Source of the DNA: Candidatus Sericytochromatia bacterium
GTDB taxonomy: Bacteria; Cyanobacteriota; Sericytochromatia; S15B-MN24; JAQBPE01
Length of the DNA stretch: 64,000 bases
Direction of reading: 5' to 3'
Assembly (NCBI GenBank): GCA_040400605.1
Contig: JBBAPZ010000016.1
Span: 1 to 64,000, forward strand
Notes under the pieces: generated by a model
What the model was told of the DNA's origin: nothing
Seen by the model: only the letters and a program-made list of their open reading frames with translations
Databases searched by the model: none
In this document: positions 18,152 to 28,958 of the stretch, in pieces
Layout of the letters: each line of letters opens with the position of its first letter
Numbering within the stretch: position 1 is the first letter of the stretch
Program-made: the position numbers and the translations under genes

Positions 18152-20482
18152 TCAGGATTGCGGCGCCTCAGTGTGAGCCTGGTAAACAATACGCGCTTGC
18201 CAGTATTCTGCTCGACCCAACAGCAGTGCCTGCGTCAGGTGATCCTGATTTTGGCTGATGGCCACACGCTCTTCGAGGGAAAATGGCGCACCTTGAATCA
18301 GGTTATGGATACGATGCTGGAGCGTAATGAGAATCCATTCCAGCTGTACCTGATTAATGCCGCACGCACTAAATCGATCAAAAAATGTGTGATCCAATGT
18401 GGGATGGGTGAGGGTCCCAAGGTCTTGCGTTTCGTTTGGCACACCATCCGCGAGCGTGGTCAGACGTTGTCTCAAGGCGTCGAGCGAGCGTGTGGCAAGC
18501 TCGCGCAGAACATCCTGCGCCTGAGGCACCCACGGTGCCACCTGCGCAGCAAGTAGCCAATCAGTGATGGCCACAGCGAAGTGACCCGTCAAATAGCGAT
18601 CCCATTCAGCGGCAGATAGCGTCTGCGTCGCACGTTTGCGGCGTCTCAGTGTCGGTTCCGGCGCACTTTCCTGCCGCGATGACTGAATTTCCGGTGGGGC
18701 ATCTGCGCGACAAATGGTCCGACTCACCCGGTCTCGTCCCTCATGCTTGCAACGATATAGCCCACTATCGGCCACGTCAATCAGTGCTCGTGGCTCCATC
18801 ACGCTGGAGGGGTCACAGGCAAGGCCCACACTGACAGTGACGGTCAAAGGTGTGTCATTGCGCCCCCAAAAAGGATGATTCTTGATATTGCGGCGAATGC
18901 GTTCGGCGACTTCGAGTGCCGCGTCCGGGGGCGTTTCAGGCAAAATGATGGCAAACTCTTCACCCCCATAGCGGGCCACCAGATCGGTTTCCCGCGTACT
19001 TTTCTTCAAAACCTGCGCAACACCCTGCAATACTTGGTCACCCAACAAGTGGCCGTGGGTGTCGTTAAACGTCTTGAAGTGATCAACATCCAGCAAAATC
19101 AAACCGGTTGGATGATCGTGACGACGGCCGCGCGTCAGTTCCGCATGCAACTGCTCTTCGAAATAACGACGATTGAATACCCCCGTCAAACCGTCTGTGA
19201 CCGCCAATTGCTGCGTCGCGCGATACAATTGCGCATTCTTGATGGCCACCGCCGCTTGGGCAGCTAGAATAATCAACAGCCGCTCTTCATCACGGTTGAA
19301 AGCATCCGCATCGCGGTGCAACAAAACAAGGACACCCAAAAAATCATGCTCAGATAAGATCGGAACCGCGAGCAAAGAGCGAAAGCCCGCCAGTTCACCC
19401 ACATCCAAAGCATCCGCGCTGAGATCACCGATCATCACACGACAACGCTCAGTTGCCACCTTGCCAATCAAACCATGGTGCAAAGACAGCTTCAGTTCGC
19501 GCTGCACCGACGCGCCAAGAGGGCTGGAATGCCGAACCAATTGTTGTGTTTGGGGGTCGAGCAACAAAATCAACGATTCGTGGCTTTCAATAACCCTGGG
19601 CAACTCCTGACCGATTGTGTCCAATGTCTGCTGCAAATCGATTTGGGAAGAAATACGGGATGCCACATCTTGAAGGATCGCCAATTGCTGGTTGTAAGCC
19701 GCGAGCTCCTGCTGGGATTTTTGAACCTTCACGTACAGGTGAACGCCATAAGCGATCGCCGACATCGGAATCAAAACAACCAAAGCACCCCATAAACCTT
19801 GAATGTTGTGCATATAAGCCATCAGCAAGGCCATCGGAGCCATCGCCAGTGTCACGATGGTCTCGACCCGGTCTTCACGCCACAAGGCCCGCCAAGATGC
19901 CCGTTTACCCTCAAGACTCAGGAACAGATCCTTGATCGTGACGTGCGTCAACAGGTAAGCACAAGCAGCCAGCGCAACGTAGGGATTGTCATCCGGCCCC
20001 GGATATCCGTAAATGAACACGTGATTGTAGGTCAGCGTGACATTGGCGACAAACAAGGCGATCGAACACTGCGCGAAGCGCTGGGCCACGGCCGGAGACC
20101 GTTGGGAAGTGCGCAACAGTGCGACCAGTGTGACACTTGATAAAACCAACTGACCGGCCGCGGGCCCCAAAATGAGCAAGCTCGCAAAAAGGATCAAAAA
20201 CAGGGCGGACATCCGTCGGTTGCGCGGAAGGGGAATGTGGATGCGATCAGCCAAAAAACCAAGCACAACCAAAAAATAAAACGACGGTGTCCCAACGACC
20301 GTATCACCCCAAATCGTTAACCACCCAGCGCGCCCTCCGAACTCAAGTGACGTCTTGGTCAGTTCGTACAGCCCGGAGTCCCGAATGACTTCACGTGAAA
20401 AGGCTAGTCCCGCCACCACGCCGATGACGAGGAACAGAGGCAACTTCAACCAATTTCTGACGCGTGTCTGGTTCGTCTCCAC
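18152..20482 (-). CDS. Membrane-bound GAF-GGDEF diguanylate cyclase
   Basis: TDGLTG, DVDHFK, RETD I-site, GGEEF; GAF domain; multi-TM N-terminus. Confidence 0.93.
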   Translation of the reverse strand: METNQTRVRNWLKLPLFLVIGVVAGLAFSREVIRDSGLYELTKTSLEFGGRAGWLTIWGDTVVGTPSFYFLVVLGFLADRIHIPLPRNRRMSALFLILFASLLILGPAAGQLVLSSVTLVALLRTSQRSPAVAQRFAQCSIALFVANVTLTYNHVFIYGYPGPDDNPYVALAACAYLLTHVTIKDLFLSLEGKRASWRALWREDRVETIVTLAMAPMALLMAYMHNIQGLWGALVVLIPMSAIAYGVHLYVKVQKSQQELAAYNQQLAILQDVASRISSQIDLQQTLDTIGQELPRVIESHESLILLLDPQTQQLVRHSSPLGASVQRELKLSLHHGLIGKVATERCRVMIGDLSADALDVGELAGFRSLLAVPILSEHDFLGVLVLLHRDADAFNRDEERLLIILAAQAAVAIKNAQLYRATQQLAVTDGLTGVFNRRYFEEQLHAELTRGRRHDHPTGLILLDVDHFKTFNDTHGHLLGDQVLQGVAQVLKKSTRETDLVARYGGEEFAIILPETPPDAALEVAERIRRNIKNHPFWGRNDTPLTVTVSVGLACDPSSVMEPRALIDVADSGLYRCKHEGRDRVSRTICRADAPPEIQSSRQESAPEPTLRRRKRATQTLSAAEWDRYLTGHFAVAITDWLLAAQVAPWVPQAQDVLRELATRSLDALRQRLTTLADGVPNETQDLGTLTHPTLDHTFFDRFSACGINQVQLEWILITLQHRIHNLIQGAPFSLEERVAISQNQDHLTQALLLGRAEYWQARIVYQAHTEAPQS

Positions 20483-20586
20483 AATGCAACCTCAGGGGCC
20501 CCGGCGCACGACTGGTCAGCGCTAAAACTGGCATCAAAATTTTACCACGTTTTTTTGACATCGCGACGCGTTGGATACTGTTCTAA

Positions 20587-20901
20587 TCAAGTTGCATCAA
20601 TAATTCGCGGAACACTGAAACAATCACCCTCACGGACGGGTGCATTCGCCAGGATTTCATCGATGGCGGCCGATTTTGCCACGCTGTCAGGACGCAATGC
20701 AGCGGTCTCAACCACATTTGCCAACGCGACCGGATTGGCTGACAAGGTCAAGTCCCTTAACTGGTCAAAAAAACCGACGATTTGCTCAAGCTGCGACTGG
20801 TAGGCAACCGCGTCTGTCGCGCTTAAATCCAGTCGCGCCAGATGGGCCAGATTCAAAATATCATCGGTCTCAAAATGCTCGCCATCACGCATCAGCTGCA
20901 C
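20587..20901 (-). CDS. gatC: Asp-tRNA(Asn)/Glu-tRNA(Gln) amidotransferase subunit C
   Basis: LAHLARL...LRPD...LANAP...FSVPRII. Confidence 0.9.
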   Translation of the reverse strand: MQLMRDGEHFETDDILNLAHLARLDLSATDAVAYQSQLEQIVGFFDQLRDLTLSANPVALANVVETAALRPDSVAKSAAIDEILANAPVREGDCFSVPRIIDAT

Positions 20902-21028
20902 CCACTCCAGTCACGCAGGTCAAAACATCCCACCATAACTTACCGCCCCACGGCTTCAGCACGCAAGCCCACCGGCGCTGTCGGGTGCTAAAATGTGAAT
21001 GGTGTTGGCGGAGCCGTGGAGGCGCAAG

Positions 21029-21541
21029 ATGAAACTGGTGGATCAGGTGTCAATCGCGGAGTCCGCGTTTGTCGCGCCAAGTGCGACGGTTGTTGGTTTG
21101 GTCGAGGTCTGTGATGATGCGAGCATTTGGTTTCAGGCCGTGGTGCGTTCCGAATCCGAATTGATTCGCATCGGGCCGCGCAGCAACGTGCAAGATGGTG
21201 TCGTGGTGCATGTGGATGAGGGGTTTCCCGTGCGAATCGGCGCGGGGGTTACAATTGGGCACCGTGCAGTCATTCACGGTGCCACAGTGGAGGATGGCGC
21301 GTTGATTGGCATCGGCGCGATCCTTCTCAATGGCGCCGTTATCGGCGCGCAAAGTCTCGTCGGTGCCGGTGCGCTCGTCCCGGAGGGCAAAGTGTTTCCG
21401 CCCCGCTCATTGATTCTCGGAAGCCCCGCGCGTGCTGTGCGTCCCCTCCGCGATGACGAACTGCTGGCGCTTATGCGCAGCGCGACGCATTATGTGGAAG
21501 CGGCACGCGCCTACCAGGAGAGCCTGGGTGATCTCATCTGA
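21029..21541 (+). CDS. Gamma carbonic anhydrase family protein
   Basis: Hexapeptide repeats, SNVQDGVVVH, TIGHRAVIHG; GGAGG RBS before ATG 21029. Confidence 0.9.
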   Translation: MKLVDQVSIAESAFVAPSATVVGLVEVCDDASIWFQAVVRSESELIRIGPRSNVQDGVVVHVDEGFPVRIGAGVTIGHRAVIHGATVEDGALIGIGAILLNGAVIGAQSLVGAGALVPEGKVFPPRSLILGSPARAVRPLRDDELLALMRSATHYVEAARAYQESLGDLI

Positions 21542-21589
21542 CTGACGGGTTGACGGGCGTGACTGGACATTTTGGAGGGATGAGGACGC

Positions 21590-22309
21590 GTGTCCATCGA
21601 AACAAATAAATTGATCAAATATTATCGGTCACGCCGGGTGGTCAACGAGGTGTCAATTCGAGTCAACCGGGGTGAGATCGTCGGATTGCTCGGCCCGAAT
21701 GGTGCCGGCAAGACGACCACGTTTTATATGGTCGTTGGCTTGATCAGGCCGAATGGTGGCGACATAACCCTTGATGGGGAACCGATTTCGCATTTGCCGA
21801 TGCATCTGCGTGCCAGGCGTGGAATCGGATACCTGGCGCAGGAGCCGTCCGTATTCAGAAAATTGACGGTTGAAGAAAACATTCTCGCGGTATGGCAGGT
21901 TAAAAATGTGCCTAAAAATGAACAACGAGCTCGACTTGGGGAGTTGCTGGAAGAATTCAACCTGACCAAGGTTGCAAAGAACAAGGGTTCGCAACTGTCG
22001 GGCGGTGAGCGCCGGCGTGTTGAGATTGCGCGCGCGATGGCAATCAATCCGAGTTTTTTGTTGCTAGACGAACCGTTTTCAGCCATCGATCCGTTAACCG
22101 TCGCCGAACTTCAAAAAATGATTCGTCGATTAAAAGATAAAAACCTGGGCATTTTGATTACGGACCACAACGTTCGCGAAACCTTGGGCGTGGTGGATTA
22201 TGCACATATCCTTTCCAGCGGTGAGGTTGTCGTCTCGGGAAGCCCTGAGAGCATCGCGCAAAGTGACATTGCAAGACGCCATTATCTCGGAGAAGAGTTT
22301 CGCATGTGA
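21590..22309 (+). CDS. lptB: LPS export ABC transporter ATP-binding protein
   Basis: GPNGAGKTTTFYM, LSGGERRRVEIARA, LITDHNVRETL, C-terminal YLGEEF. Confidence 0.95.
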   Translation: MSIETNKLIKYYRSRRVVNEVSIRVNRGEIVGLLGPNGAGKTTTFYMVVGLIRPNGGDITLDGEPISHLPMHLRARRGIGYLAQEPSVFRKLTVEENILAVWQVKNVPKNEQRARLGELLEEFNLTKVAKNKGSQLSGGERRRVEIARAMAINPSFLLLDEPFSAIDPLTVAELQKMIRRLKDKNLGILITDHNVRETLGVVDYAHILSSGEVVVSGSPESIAQSDIARRHYLGEEFRM

Positions 22310-22611
22310 ACATCGCGCCCGGACCAACCGGTCATTGCTTCAGGGATTGGTTGTTCACCGTTCGTTTGGGGTTGTGACACGCCAAGGAGATGGGATGTCG
22401 CGCTCAGCGTTCTGCATATGTCGCAGCAACCCAGCCGATGAATCAGTGAACCGGAGGGTGACCTCGGCCCGATATGCACGGGTCTGCGCAAGCGGCGGAC
22501 TGTGCAGGAACTTCCAGCAACGGCTCTGGCCAGACGTGCGCGGGTCTGCGATAATCCTTGTCGGGCGTCTTGCAGGGTCGCCCAATGTTTGACAGTAAGG
22601 GAGCACGGAAC

Positions 22612-23916
22612 GTGATCGTGACAAATTCGACACAAGTGGATTACAAGGTGGCTGACATCAGCCTGGCGGCGTGGGGTCGTAAAGAAATCACGTTGGCTGA
22701 GCAGGAGATGCCGGGTCTGATGGCGTTGCGTGAACGCTATGGCGACCAGAAGCCTTTAAAAGGGGCGCGCATCGCAGGCAGTTTGCATATGACGATTCAA
22801 ACCGCCGTGTTGATTGAGACGCTCATCGCGCTGGGGGCAGAGGTTCGCTGGTCCAGTTGCAACATTTACTCTACGCAGGATCATGCAGCTGCGGCGATCG
22901 CCGCGGCCGGCATCCCGGTGTTTGCCTGGAAAGGCGAAACCGAGGAGGAATACTGGTGGTGCATTGAGCAAACCTTGCGTTGGCCGGACGGGCAACCGCT
23001 CAATATGATTCTGGATGACGGTGGCGATCTGACCCTGGTATTGCATCAGCGCTATCCGGACTTGTTGAGCGGCGTGCGTGGCATTTCGGAAGAAACGACC
23101 ACAGGCGTTCATCGTTTGTACCAGATGATGGAACGCGGTGAATTGAAAGTGCCTGCGATTAACGTCAATGACTCGGTCACCAAAGCGAAGTTCGATAACC
23201 TTTACGGCTGCCGCGAATCACTGGCAGATGGCATCAAACGGGCGACAGACGTGATGGTGGCTGGCAAGGTCGTGGTCATTGCCGGTTATGGTGACGTCGG
23301 CAAAGGCTCTGCGCACGCCATGCGAAATTTTGGCGCCCGGGTGCTTGTGACGGAAATTGATCCCATTTGCGCTTTGCAGGCTGCAATGGAAGGTTTCCAA
23401 GTAACCACCATGGAGAAAGCGGCACCCTTGGCAGACATTTTCGTGACCGCTACCGGCTGTCGCGACATCATCCGCAGTGAACATTTGCTTGCGATGAAAC
23501 ACGATGCCATTGTCTGCAACATCGGCCATTTCGATTGCGAAATCGATGTGGCGTGGCTGAACGAGAATGCGCGCATCGATACCATCAAGCCGCAGGTGGA
23601 TCGCTACGAGCTTGCCAATGGCCGTTGCGTGATCCTGCTGGCGTCCGGCCGTCTCGTGAACCTCGGTTGCGCGACGGGCCATCCGTCATTTGTGATGAGC
23701 ACCTCATTCACGAATCAGGTCCTGGCCCAGATGTCCTTGTGGTCCAATACCTACCCACTCGGGGTCCACGTTCTTCCCAAAAAACTGGATGAGGAAGTGG
23801 CTCGCCTGCATTTAGCCAAACTCGGCGTCGAGTTGACAGAACTGACACCCGCTCAGGCGGACTACCTCGGCTTCCCTGCGCAGGGTCCGTACAAGCCGGA
23901 TTATTACCGTTACTGA
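22612..23916 (+). CDS. ahcY: Adenosylhomocysteinase
   Basis: [50 protein letters not shown] before GTG 22612. Confidence 0.97.
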   Translation: MIVTNSTQVDYKVADISLAAWGRKEITLAEQEMPGLMALRERYGDQKPLKGARIAGSLHMTIQTAVLIETLIALGAEVRWSSCNIYSTQDHAAAAIAAAGIPVFAWKGETEEEYWWCIEQTLRWPDGQPLNMILDDGGDLTLVLHQRYPDLLSGVRGISEETTTGVHRLYQMMERGELKVPAINVNDSVTKAKFDNLYGCRESLADGIKRATDVMVAGKVVVIAGYGDVGKGSAHAMRNFGARVLVTEIDPICALQAAMEGFQVTTMEKAAPLADIFVTATGCRDIIRSEHLLAMKHDAIVCNIGHFDCEIDVAWLNENARIDTIKPQVDRYELANGRCVILLASGRLVNLGCATGHPSFVMSTSFTNQVLAQMSLWSNTYPLGVHVLPKKLDEEVARLHLAKLGVELTELTPAQADYLGFPAQGPYKPDYYRY

Positions 23917-23936
23917 TCCGCGCAACTCAAAGCAAT

Positions 23937-23968
23937 CACAAGGGCTGCCCCGTCGGGCAGCCCTTGTG
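23937..23968. terminator. Hairpin after ahcY, between convergent genes
   Basis: Perfect 14-bp stem CACAAGGGCTGCCC-CGTC-GGGCAGCCCTTGTG. Confidence 0.75.
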
Positions 23969-24132
23969 GTTTCTAAACCTGTTGCCACCTGCCCAAATAG
24001 CGCCACGTCCAATCGTACCAACGGCGCTGACTCACAAACCGTTAGCTGGCACTGCCTGACATTTTAGCAACCAAGATATCGCCTTGCCAGCAAAACCCCG
24101 TCAACGCCATCAAACAGATGGGTGACGCGACC

Positions 24133-24636
24133 TCAATCCTCCAGAACCTGGGAATGCTCGCCACCCGGCATTGTCACCTCTTTCAGCAGTTCACCCGTAT
24201 CCTGCTCACTGAGTGCCTGTGCGATATCCGCCAGTGACAGAATGCCAACCAGTTGGCGATCCGGATTGATCACCGGCAAGCGCCGCACCTTGTGCTCCGC
24301 CATCAATTGCTCAGCCTCAGCCAATGCCGTGTCAGGGGTTGCCGTAATCACATCCCCCCCCGAGAACACATCAGCAACCTGTGTCGCTGAAATGTCCTTG
24401 CCCTCGGCAACGGCACGCACCGTGATGTCACGATCCGTCAACACGCCAAGCAAACGACCATCAGGCTCAGTGACAGGCAGCACCCCAATGTCCTCTTCGC
24501 GCATGATTTTTGCGGCCTCCGGCAAAAACGTCACGGTCGTGACCGCGATCACCTTGGCTGTCATCAAGTCTTTCACGGTTTGCAGACTGCTTTGTTCACC
24601 GCCCACACTTTCGATTTCGGATAGCTTTTTGGTCAT
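24133..24636 (-). CDS. CBS-pair domain protein
   Basis: IGVLPV...GVLTDRDI and VRRLPV...GILSLADI; GGGAGG RBS before ATG 24636. Confidence 0.9.
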   Translation of the reverse strand: MTKKLSEIESVGGEQSSLQTVKDLMTAKVIAVTTVTFLPEAAKIMREEDIGVLPVTEPDGRLLGVLTDRDITVRAVAEGKDISATQVADVFSGGDVITATPDTALAEAEQLMAEHKVRRLPVINPDRQLVGILSLADIAQALSEQDTGELLKEVTMPGGEHSQVLED

Positions 24637-24812
24637 CGTTTCAAGCCTCCCTTCATTCTCCCTACCCTCTAACTTTTTTAGTTTATGATTAATGTCGGCT
24701 TTGAAATAGTGACAAGAATGCCTCATCATTGAACTATAATGACAAGGGGTGAGTTTGCGGCGTGCACATGTTGAAACTGTCAGAGGGGGTGAGGGCGTTC
24801 GATAAGGGTTGG

Positions 24813-25466
24813 ATGTTTCGATGCGGCTTCATTTGCTCACTGCTGGCATTGGGGAGCGGTTGTGGTGCGGCTGCAACCAACCCTTATGGTGCTGATCCGT
24901 ATGGCGATTATGGTACAGGTAGCAGTTCTTACGGCTCAGCTTATGGTGGAGCGGATTCGGGCAACTACGGCGGTCTCGGTGGTGAAGGCTATGGTTATGG
25001 TGCGTCTTTTGCGGTATCACCGTCACCGAATGTCGGGGCGGGGTCGTTTGGCGAGTTTGGTTCCTCTTATGGTGATGAGCGTGTACTGGGAGTGAGTCCT
25101 TCACCGTCGCGGGCGCCCCAGGGGGCTGCAATGGTATTCACGCCCCCAGTATTGAACGTGTTGGTAACCGAATTGCGACGCACCGGAATTTTAGGGCTCG
25201 GTCGCAGCATCGCCAAAGTGGAGGTCAGTAATCCCGGCGATCGCGCGTTAAACGGTCTGGTACGTGTGACATTCACGTCGCGTGCCAAACCGATGGGTCA
25301 GATTCAGAGTGAACGCGTGACCCTGCAACCCAAAGAGCGGCGTTTTTTGACTTTCAGTGTTGATGCTTGGGGGGTGGATGACGCAGAAGCGACCGTTTTG
25401 ACGGAAACACCCCCAGTTGACTCTGTGCGTGTGCGGGATCGCGGCGTGGTTGGTGCGGCCCGTTGA
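24813..25466 (+). CDS. Putative lipoprotein with Gly/Tyr/Ser low-complexity region and C-terminal beta-sandwich
   Basis: Lipobox-like LALGSG-C; repeated YG units; beta-rich C-terminus. Confidence 0.6.
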   Translation: MFRCGFICSLLALGSGCGAAATNPYGADPYGDYGTGSSSYGSAYGGADSGNYGGLGGEGYGYGASFAVSPSPNVGAGSFGEFGSSYGDERVLGVSPSPSRAPQGAAMVFTPPVLNVLVTELRRTGILGLGRSIAKVEVSNPGDRALNGLVRVTFTSRAKPMGQIQSERVTLQPKERRFLTFSVDAWGVDDAEATVLTETPPVDSVRVRDRGVVGAAR

Positions 25467-27706
25467 TAATGACGCCTGGGGATCCGGAAGGGATTTTGCA
25501 GCGCCATTTTGGCTTGACGTCTTTTCGGCCGGGACAGCGGCGCGTGATCGCGGCGATACTGGCTGGCCGGTCGACCTTGGCAGTGATGCCAACAGGTCAA
25601 GGAAAGTCTTTGTGTTATCAACTGCCTGCGTTGATGTTGCAGGGCGTGACGGTGGTTGTCTCGCCACTGATCGCCTTGATGAAGGATCAAGTCGATAGCC
25701 TGCGCGCGCGCGGCATCGCGGCTGCCTATATCAACAGTTCATTGTCCTTCGACGAGCAGTCCCAGCGCTTGGCGGCACTGCAAGACGGGACGTTGCGTCT
25801 CATTTATGTTGCCCCCGAGCGTTTCAGGCACGCTGCGTTCTTGAATGCGCTGAAAGGGGTTCGTGTCGGATTGTTTGCGGTAGACGAGGCACATTGCCTG
25901 TCGCAATGGGGGCACGATTTTCGCCCAGATTACCTGCGTTTGGGAACGTATGTCGCTGCGTGTGGCAATCCGGTTGTGTTAGCAACCACCGCCACCGCGA
26001 CGCCTGAGGTGCGAGACGATATTGTCACCCAACTGGGGTTGGTAAACCCGGAGGTTGTCGTGTCGGGTTTTAGCCGACCCAATCTGAAGTGGGTGGTGCG
26101 GTATACACCCACTGAAGACACCAAAATGGCCAAGTTGCGTGAGGTATTGGAAAAAGTGCCCGGTTCGGCGGTCGTATACGCTGCGACACGAAAAAAAGTG
26201 ATGACACTGAGTGCAGCATTGCGGCACCAGGGGATTGAGGCGGTGCCTTATCACGCCGGAATGGATGAACGCGAGCGCGCGTTGTGTCAGGAACGGTTCA
26301 TGAGCGGTTCGGCGCGCGTGGTTGTTGCCACCAATGCTTTTGGGATGGGCATTGACAAGGCGGATGTACGGTCGGTGATCCACGTTGATTTGCCAGGCAC
26401 CTTGGAGGCGTATTACCAGGAAGCGGGTCGTGCGGGCCGTGATGGTCAATTGGCTTTTTGTGTTTTGTTGTTTTCGCCTGCCGATCGCTACTTGCAGGAA
26501 TTTTTCATTGACGGCGGCTCGCCGTCTGGCCAGATCATCCGCGAAGTGTATGACGTGCTGAAGGGCTCAGCATCATCGCCCATCTTTATCAGCCACGATG
26601 ATTTGGCAGCACGATTGCGACGTAAAACCCACCCAATGGCAGTTGGTTCCGCGCTGACGCTACTTGAGCGACACGGCTTGATCGAACGGCAGGCACGGGG
26701 AATGACACCGGCTTTTTTGCAGTTACGCGTGTGGGGAGCCAGCGCACCGCGTAGTGCGGTGCAGCAACGCGTCATTGAGCACTGCCGCACGATACCGCAG
26801 ATCGCATCGGGTGTGGCGATCGATTTGAATCAGTGGTGTGAGACCTTGAACTTGTCTCGCGACACCTTGATACAGACCTTACAGGCGTTGCATCAAAAAA
26901 ACGTAATCAGTTATGTCAGCCCAGCCCGCGCGCGCGGTATCACGGTACTGCATCGGGTGACGGACCCCTTGGCGACCATGGACACCACTTTTTTGGAATC
27001 CAAGCGCGCGCGAGAACTGGCGCGACTTGAACGCGTGGTGGCATTTGCATACGGTGGTCGGTGCCGTCAGACCATGATTCTGGCTTATTTTGGTGAGGTG
27101 ACCAAGCAACCCTGCGGACGCTGTGATCACTGCCAGAAACGGGTGGATACCGGTCTTGCGAAATTGCCTGCGCTCGGCGCGACGCAACGGAATGACACCC
27201 CCGCAGTTGACCACCAACCGCCGTTGATCCGCCTCCGCGCGGTGCTGGCACGTGACGCCGGTCTTGGCGATTCTGCGATAGTTTCGGATGAGGTGCTTGC
27301 AAATCTGATTAAAGCGGCGCCACGCACCCTGGATGAATTGCGACGCATACCCGGCATGAATGAGGAGACGTTGCGCCATTTTGGCGATCAGTTATTGGGT
27401 GGACTCGTGGCGACACAAGAACTGCTGATGGGAAACGAGCGGAACACAATGTCAGTGCCTCACCAAGAAACACAGCGTGTCGCCCGCCGGCGCGAGCGCG
27501 TCGCTCATTTTTTTCGACAAGGACACGATTTGACGCTCATCGCCAACCGCTTGATGACCGACCCGGCGATTATCGAACAAGACCTCGCTTGGCTATCCCG
27601 CGATGGCGCGATCGCCCTGGTGCCAGGCAGGGATTCCAAGCCAACTGATTTTGTGCTGACCACGCGCTCGGCTTCGTCTGACGAAGCCGGGCGACAAGCG
27701 AGATGA
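25463..27706 (+). CDS. recQ: RecQ-family ATP-dependent DNA helicase
   Basis: MPTGQGKSLCYQLP, DEAH...WGHDFRPDY, QEAGRAGRDG, Zn-binding CGRCDHC, HRDC-like region. Confidence 0.93.
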   Translation: MIMTPGDPEGILQRHFGLTSFRPGQRRVIAAILAGRSTLAVMPTGQGKSLCYQLPALMLQGVTVVVSPLIALMKDQVDSLRARGIAAAYINSSLSFDEQSQRLAALQDGTLRLIYVAPERFRHAAFLNALKGVRVGLFAVDEAHCLSQWGHDFRPDYLRLGTYVAACGNPVVLATTATATPEVRDDIVTQLGLVNPEVVVSGFSRPNLKWVVRYTPTEDTKMAKLREVLEKVPGSAVVYAATRKKVMTLSAALRHQGIEAVPYHAGMDERERALCQERFMSGSARVVVATNAFGMGIDKADVRSVIHVDLPGTLEAYYQEAGRAGRDGQLAFCVLLFSPADRYLQEFFIDGGSPSGQIIREVYDVLKGSASSPIFISHDDLAARLRRKTHPMAVGSALTLLERHGLIERQARGMTPAFLQLRVWGASAPRSAVQQRVIEHCRTIPQIASGVAIDLNQWCETLNLSRDTLIQTLQALHQKNVISYVSPARARGITVLHRVTDPLATMDTTFLESKRARELARLERVVAFAYGGRCRQTMILAYFGEVTKQPCGRCDHCQKRVDTGLAKLPALGATQRNDTPAVDHQPPLIRLRAVLARDAGLGDSAIVSDEVLANLIKAAPRTLDELRRIPGMNEETLRHFGDQLLGGLVATQELLMGNERNTMSVPHQETQRVARRRERVAHFFRQGHDLTLIANRLMTDPAIIEQDLAWLSRDGAIALVPGRDSKPTDFVLTTRSASSDEAGRQAR

Positions 27707-27894
27707 GCGGCTTTTGGTCGTTCGGACGGAAGGCCGCGTATTTTTGAGCGGATTAACACACGCCTCAGCCTTAGTTTGCCCGATGTTTTGGGTAGGATTT
27801 CCGATAAGTGATTGATGGTGTCGGCCATCATCGGGTTCGTGGCGTTTGGGGTTTCAAGCAATGGCAAGCGGATGTTTGGGCGAGGTTTTTTAAA

Positions 27895-28770
27895 ATGATG
27901 TCGATGGAGACCCCGGCGATCGCGTGGTTGGATGGCAACATTCTTGCGCTCGCCGATGCGAAGTGTCGGGTTGAGGATCGTGGGTTTTTGTTTGGTGACG
28001 GTGTCTATGAGGTGGTGCGTGCCTATGACCGTCAGTTGTTTGCAGCCGATGCCCACTGGTTGCGTCTGCGGCATAGCGCGCAAGGCATTGATCTTGAGTT
28101 GCCGATGTCACTTGAAGAGATTGCAGGGATCGCGGAAAACCTGCTGATGCGCAGTGGGTTGCGTGATGCGGAGATTTACGTTCAAGTAACCCGCGGTGCT
28201 GCCCGGCGTAACCATTTGTTTCCAACGAACACCCCCCCGACGTTGCTGATCTGGGTTCAGGCGCCCCGCTTGCCGTCCGTCGATCTCAAGGCAACGGGCG
28301 CCAGTGTCGTGACCTTGCCGGATGAGCGGTGGGCCCGTTGTCACCTCAAGACCATCAGTTTATTGGCGAACTGTCTCGCCAAAGAGGAGGCACGCCGGCG
28401 GGGTTGTGATGAAGCGATCCTGGTGCGTGATGGGTGGGTGACAGAGGGAACGAGCTGCAATGTCCTGCTCATTCGGGGTGATTTGATCGTGACACCCCCA
28501 ACGGATCAACGCATTCTTCCCGGCGTCACGCGTGCGTGTGTCTTGGATCAGGCACCAAATCTCGGCATGGCCGTCGTGCAACGGCCGATCGCAGTCGGCG
28601 AACTTTTCGACGCGGATGAAATCATCCTGACAAGCACAATCATGGAATTGATGCCCGTACGGGTCATCGATGGATCTTTGGTGGGCGCAGGCCGTCCCGG
28701 GCCTGCATACCGAACGTTGGCGACCGCTTACAGTGAGCTGACGCATCGACAACTGCCATCTCCAAGCTGA
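27895..28770 (+). CDS. Class IV aminotransferase (D-amino-acid transaminase-like)
   Basis: EDRGFLFGDGVYEV, LKTISLL, EGTSCN, ILPGVTR. Confidence 0.9.
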   Translation: MMSMETPAIAWLDGNILALADAKCRVEDRGFLFGDGVYEVVRAYDRQLFAADAHWLRLRHSAQGIDLELPMSLEEIAGIAENLLMRSGLRDAEIYVQVTRGAARRNHLFPTNTPPTLLIWVQAPRLPSVDLKATGASVVTLPDERWARCHLKTISLLANCLAKEEARRRGCDEAILVRDGWVTEGTSCNVLLIRGDLIVTPPTDQRILPGVTRACVLDQAPNLGMAVVQRPIAVGELFDADEIILTSTIMELMPVRVIDGSLVGAGRPGPAYRTLATAYSELTHRQLPSPS

Positions 28771-28958
28771 ATCGGTACCCACGTCGAGGTTAATGGCTTC
28801 GCGAACGGAAGCGCAAGGTCCCCAGAAGATGCATCAACGTGGCTGGCAAGCGTTCAATGATTGGCAGGTCAACAAGCCTGTTTGGTTTTCAGAAACATCA
28901 TTTTGTTTATTTGAGGGACCGTGCTACGATGGGCCATCGACAACGGGGTGAGGGTCAA

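Noticed and set aside
22310..22611. SAH riboswitch upstream of ahcY, or a 65-aa ORF from about 22396
   Set aside because: The conserved GAGGAGCGCUGC-like 5' element is not visible; the small ORF has an RBS but no recognisable features
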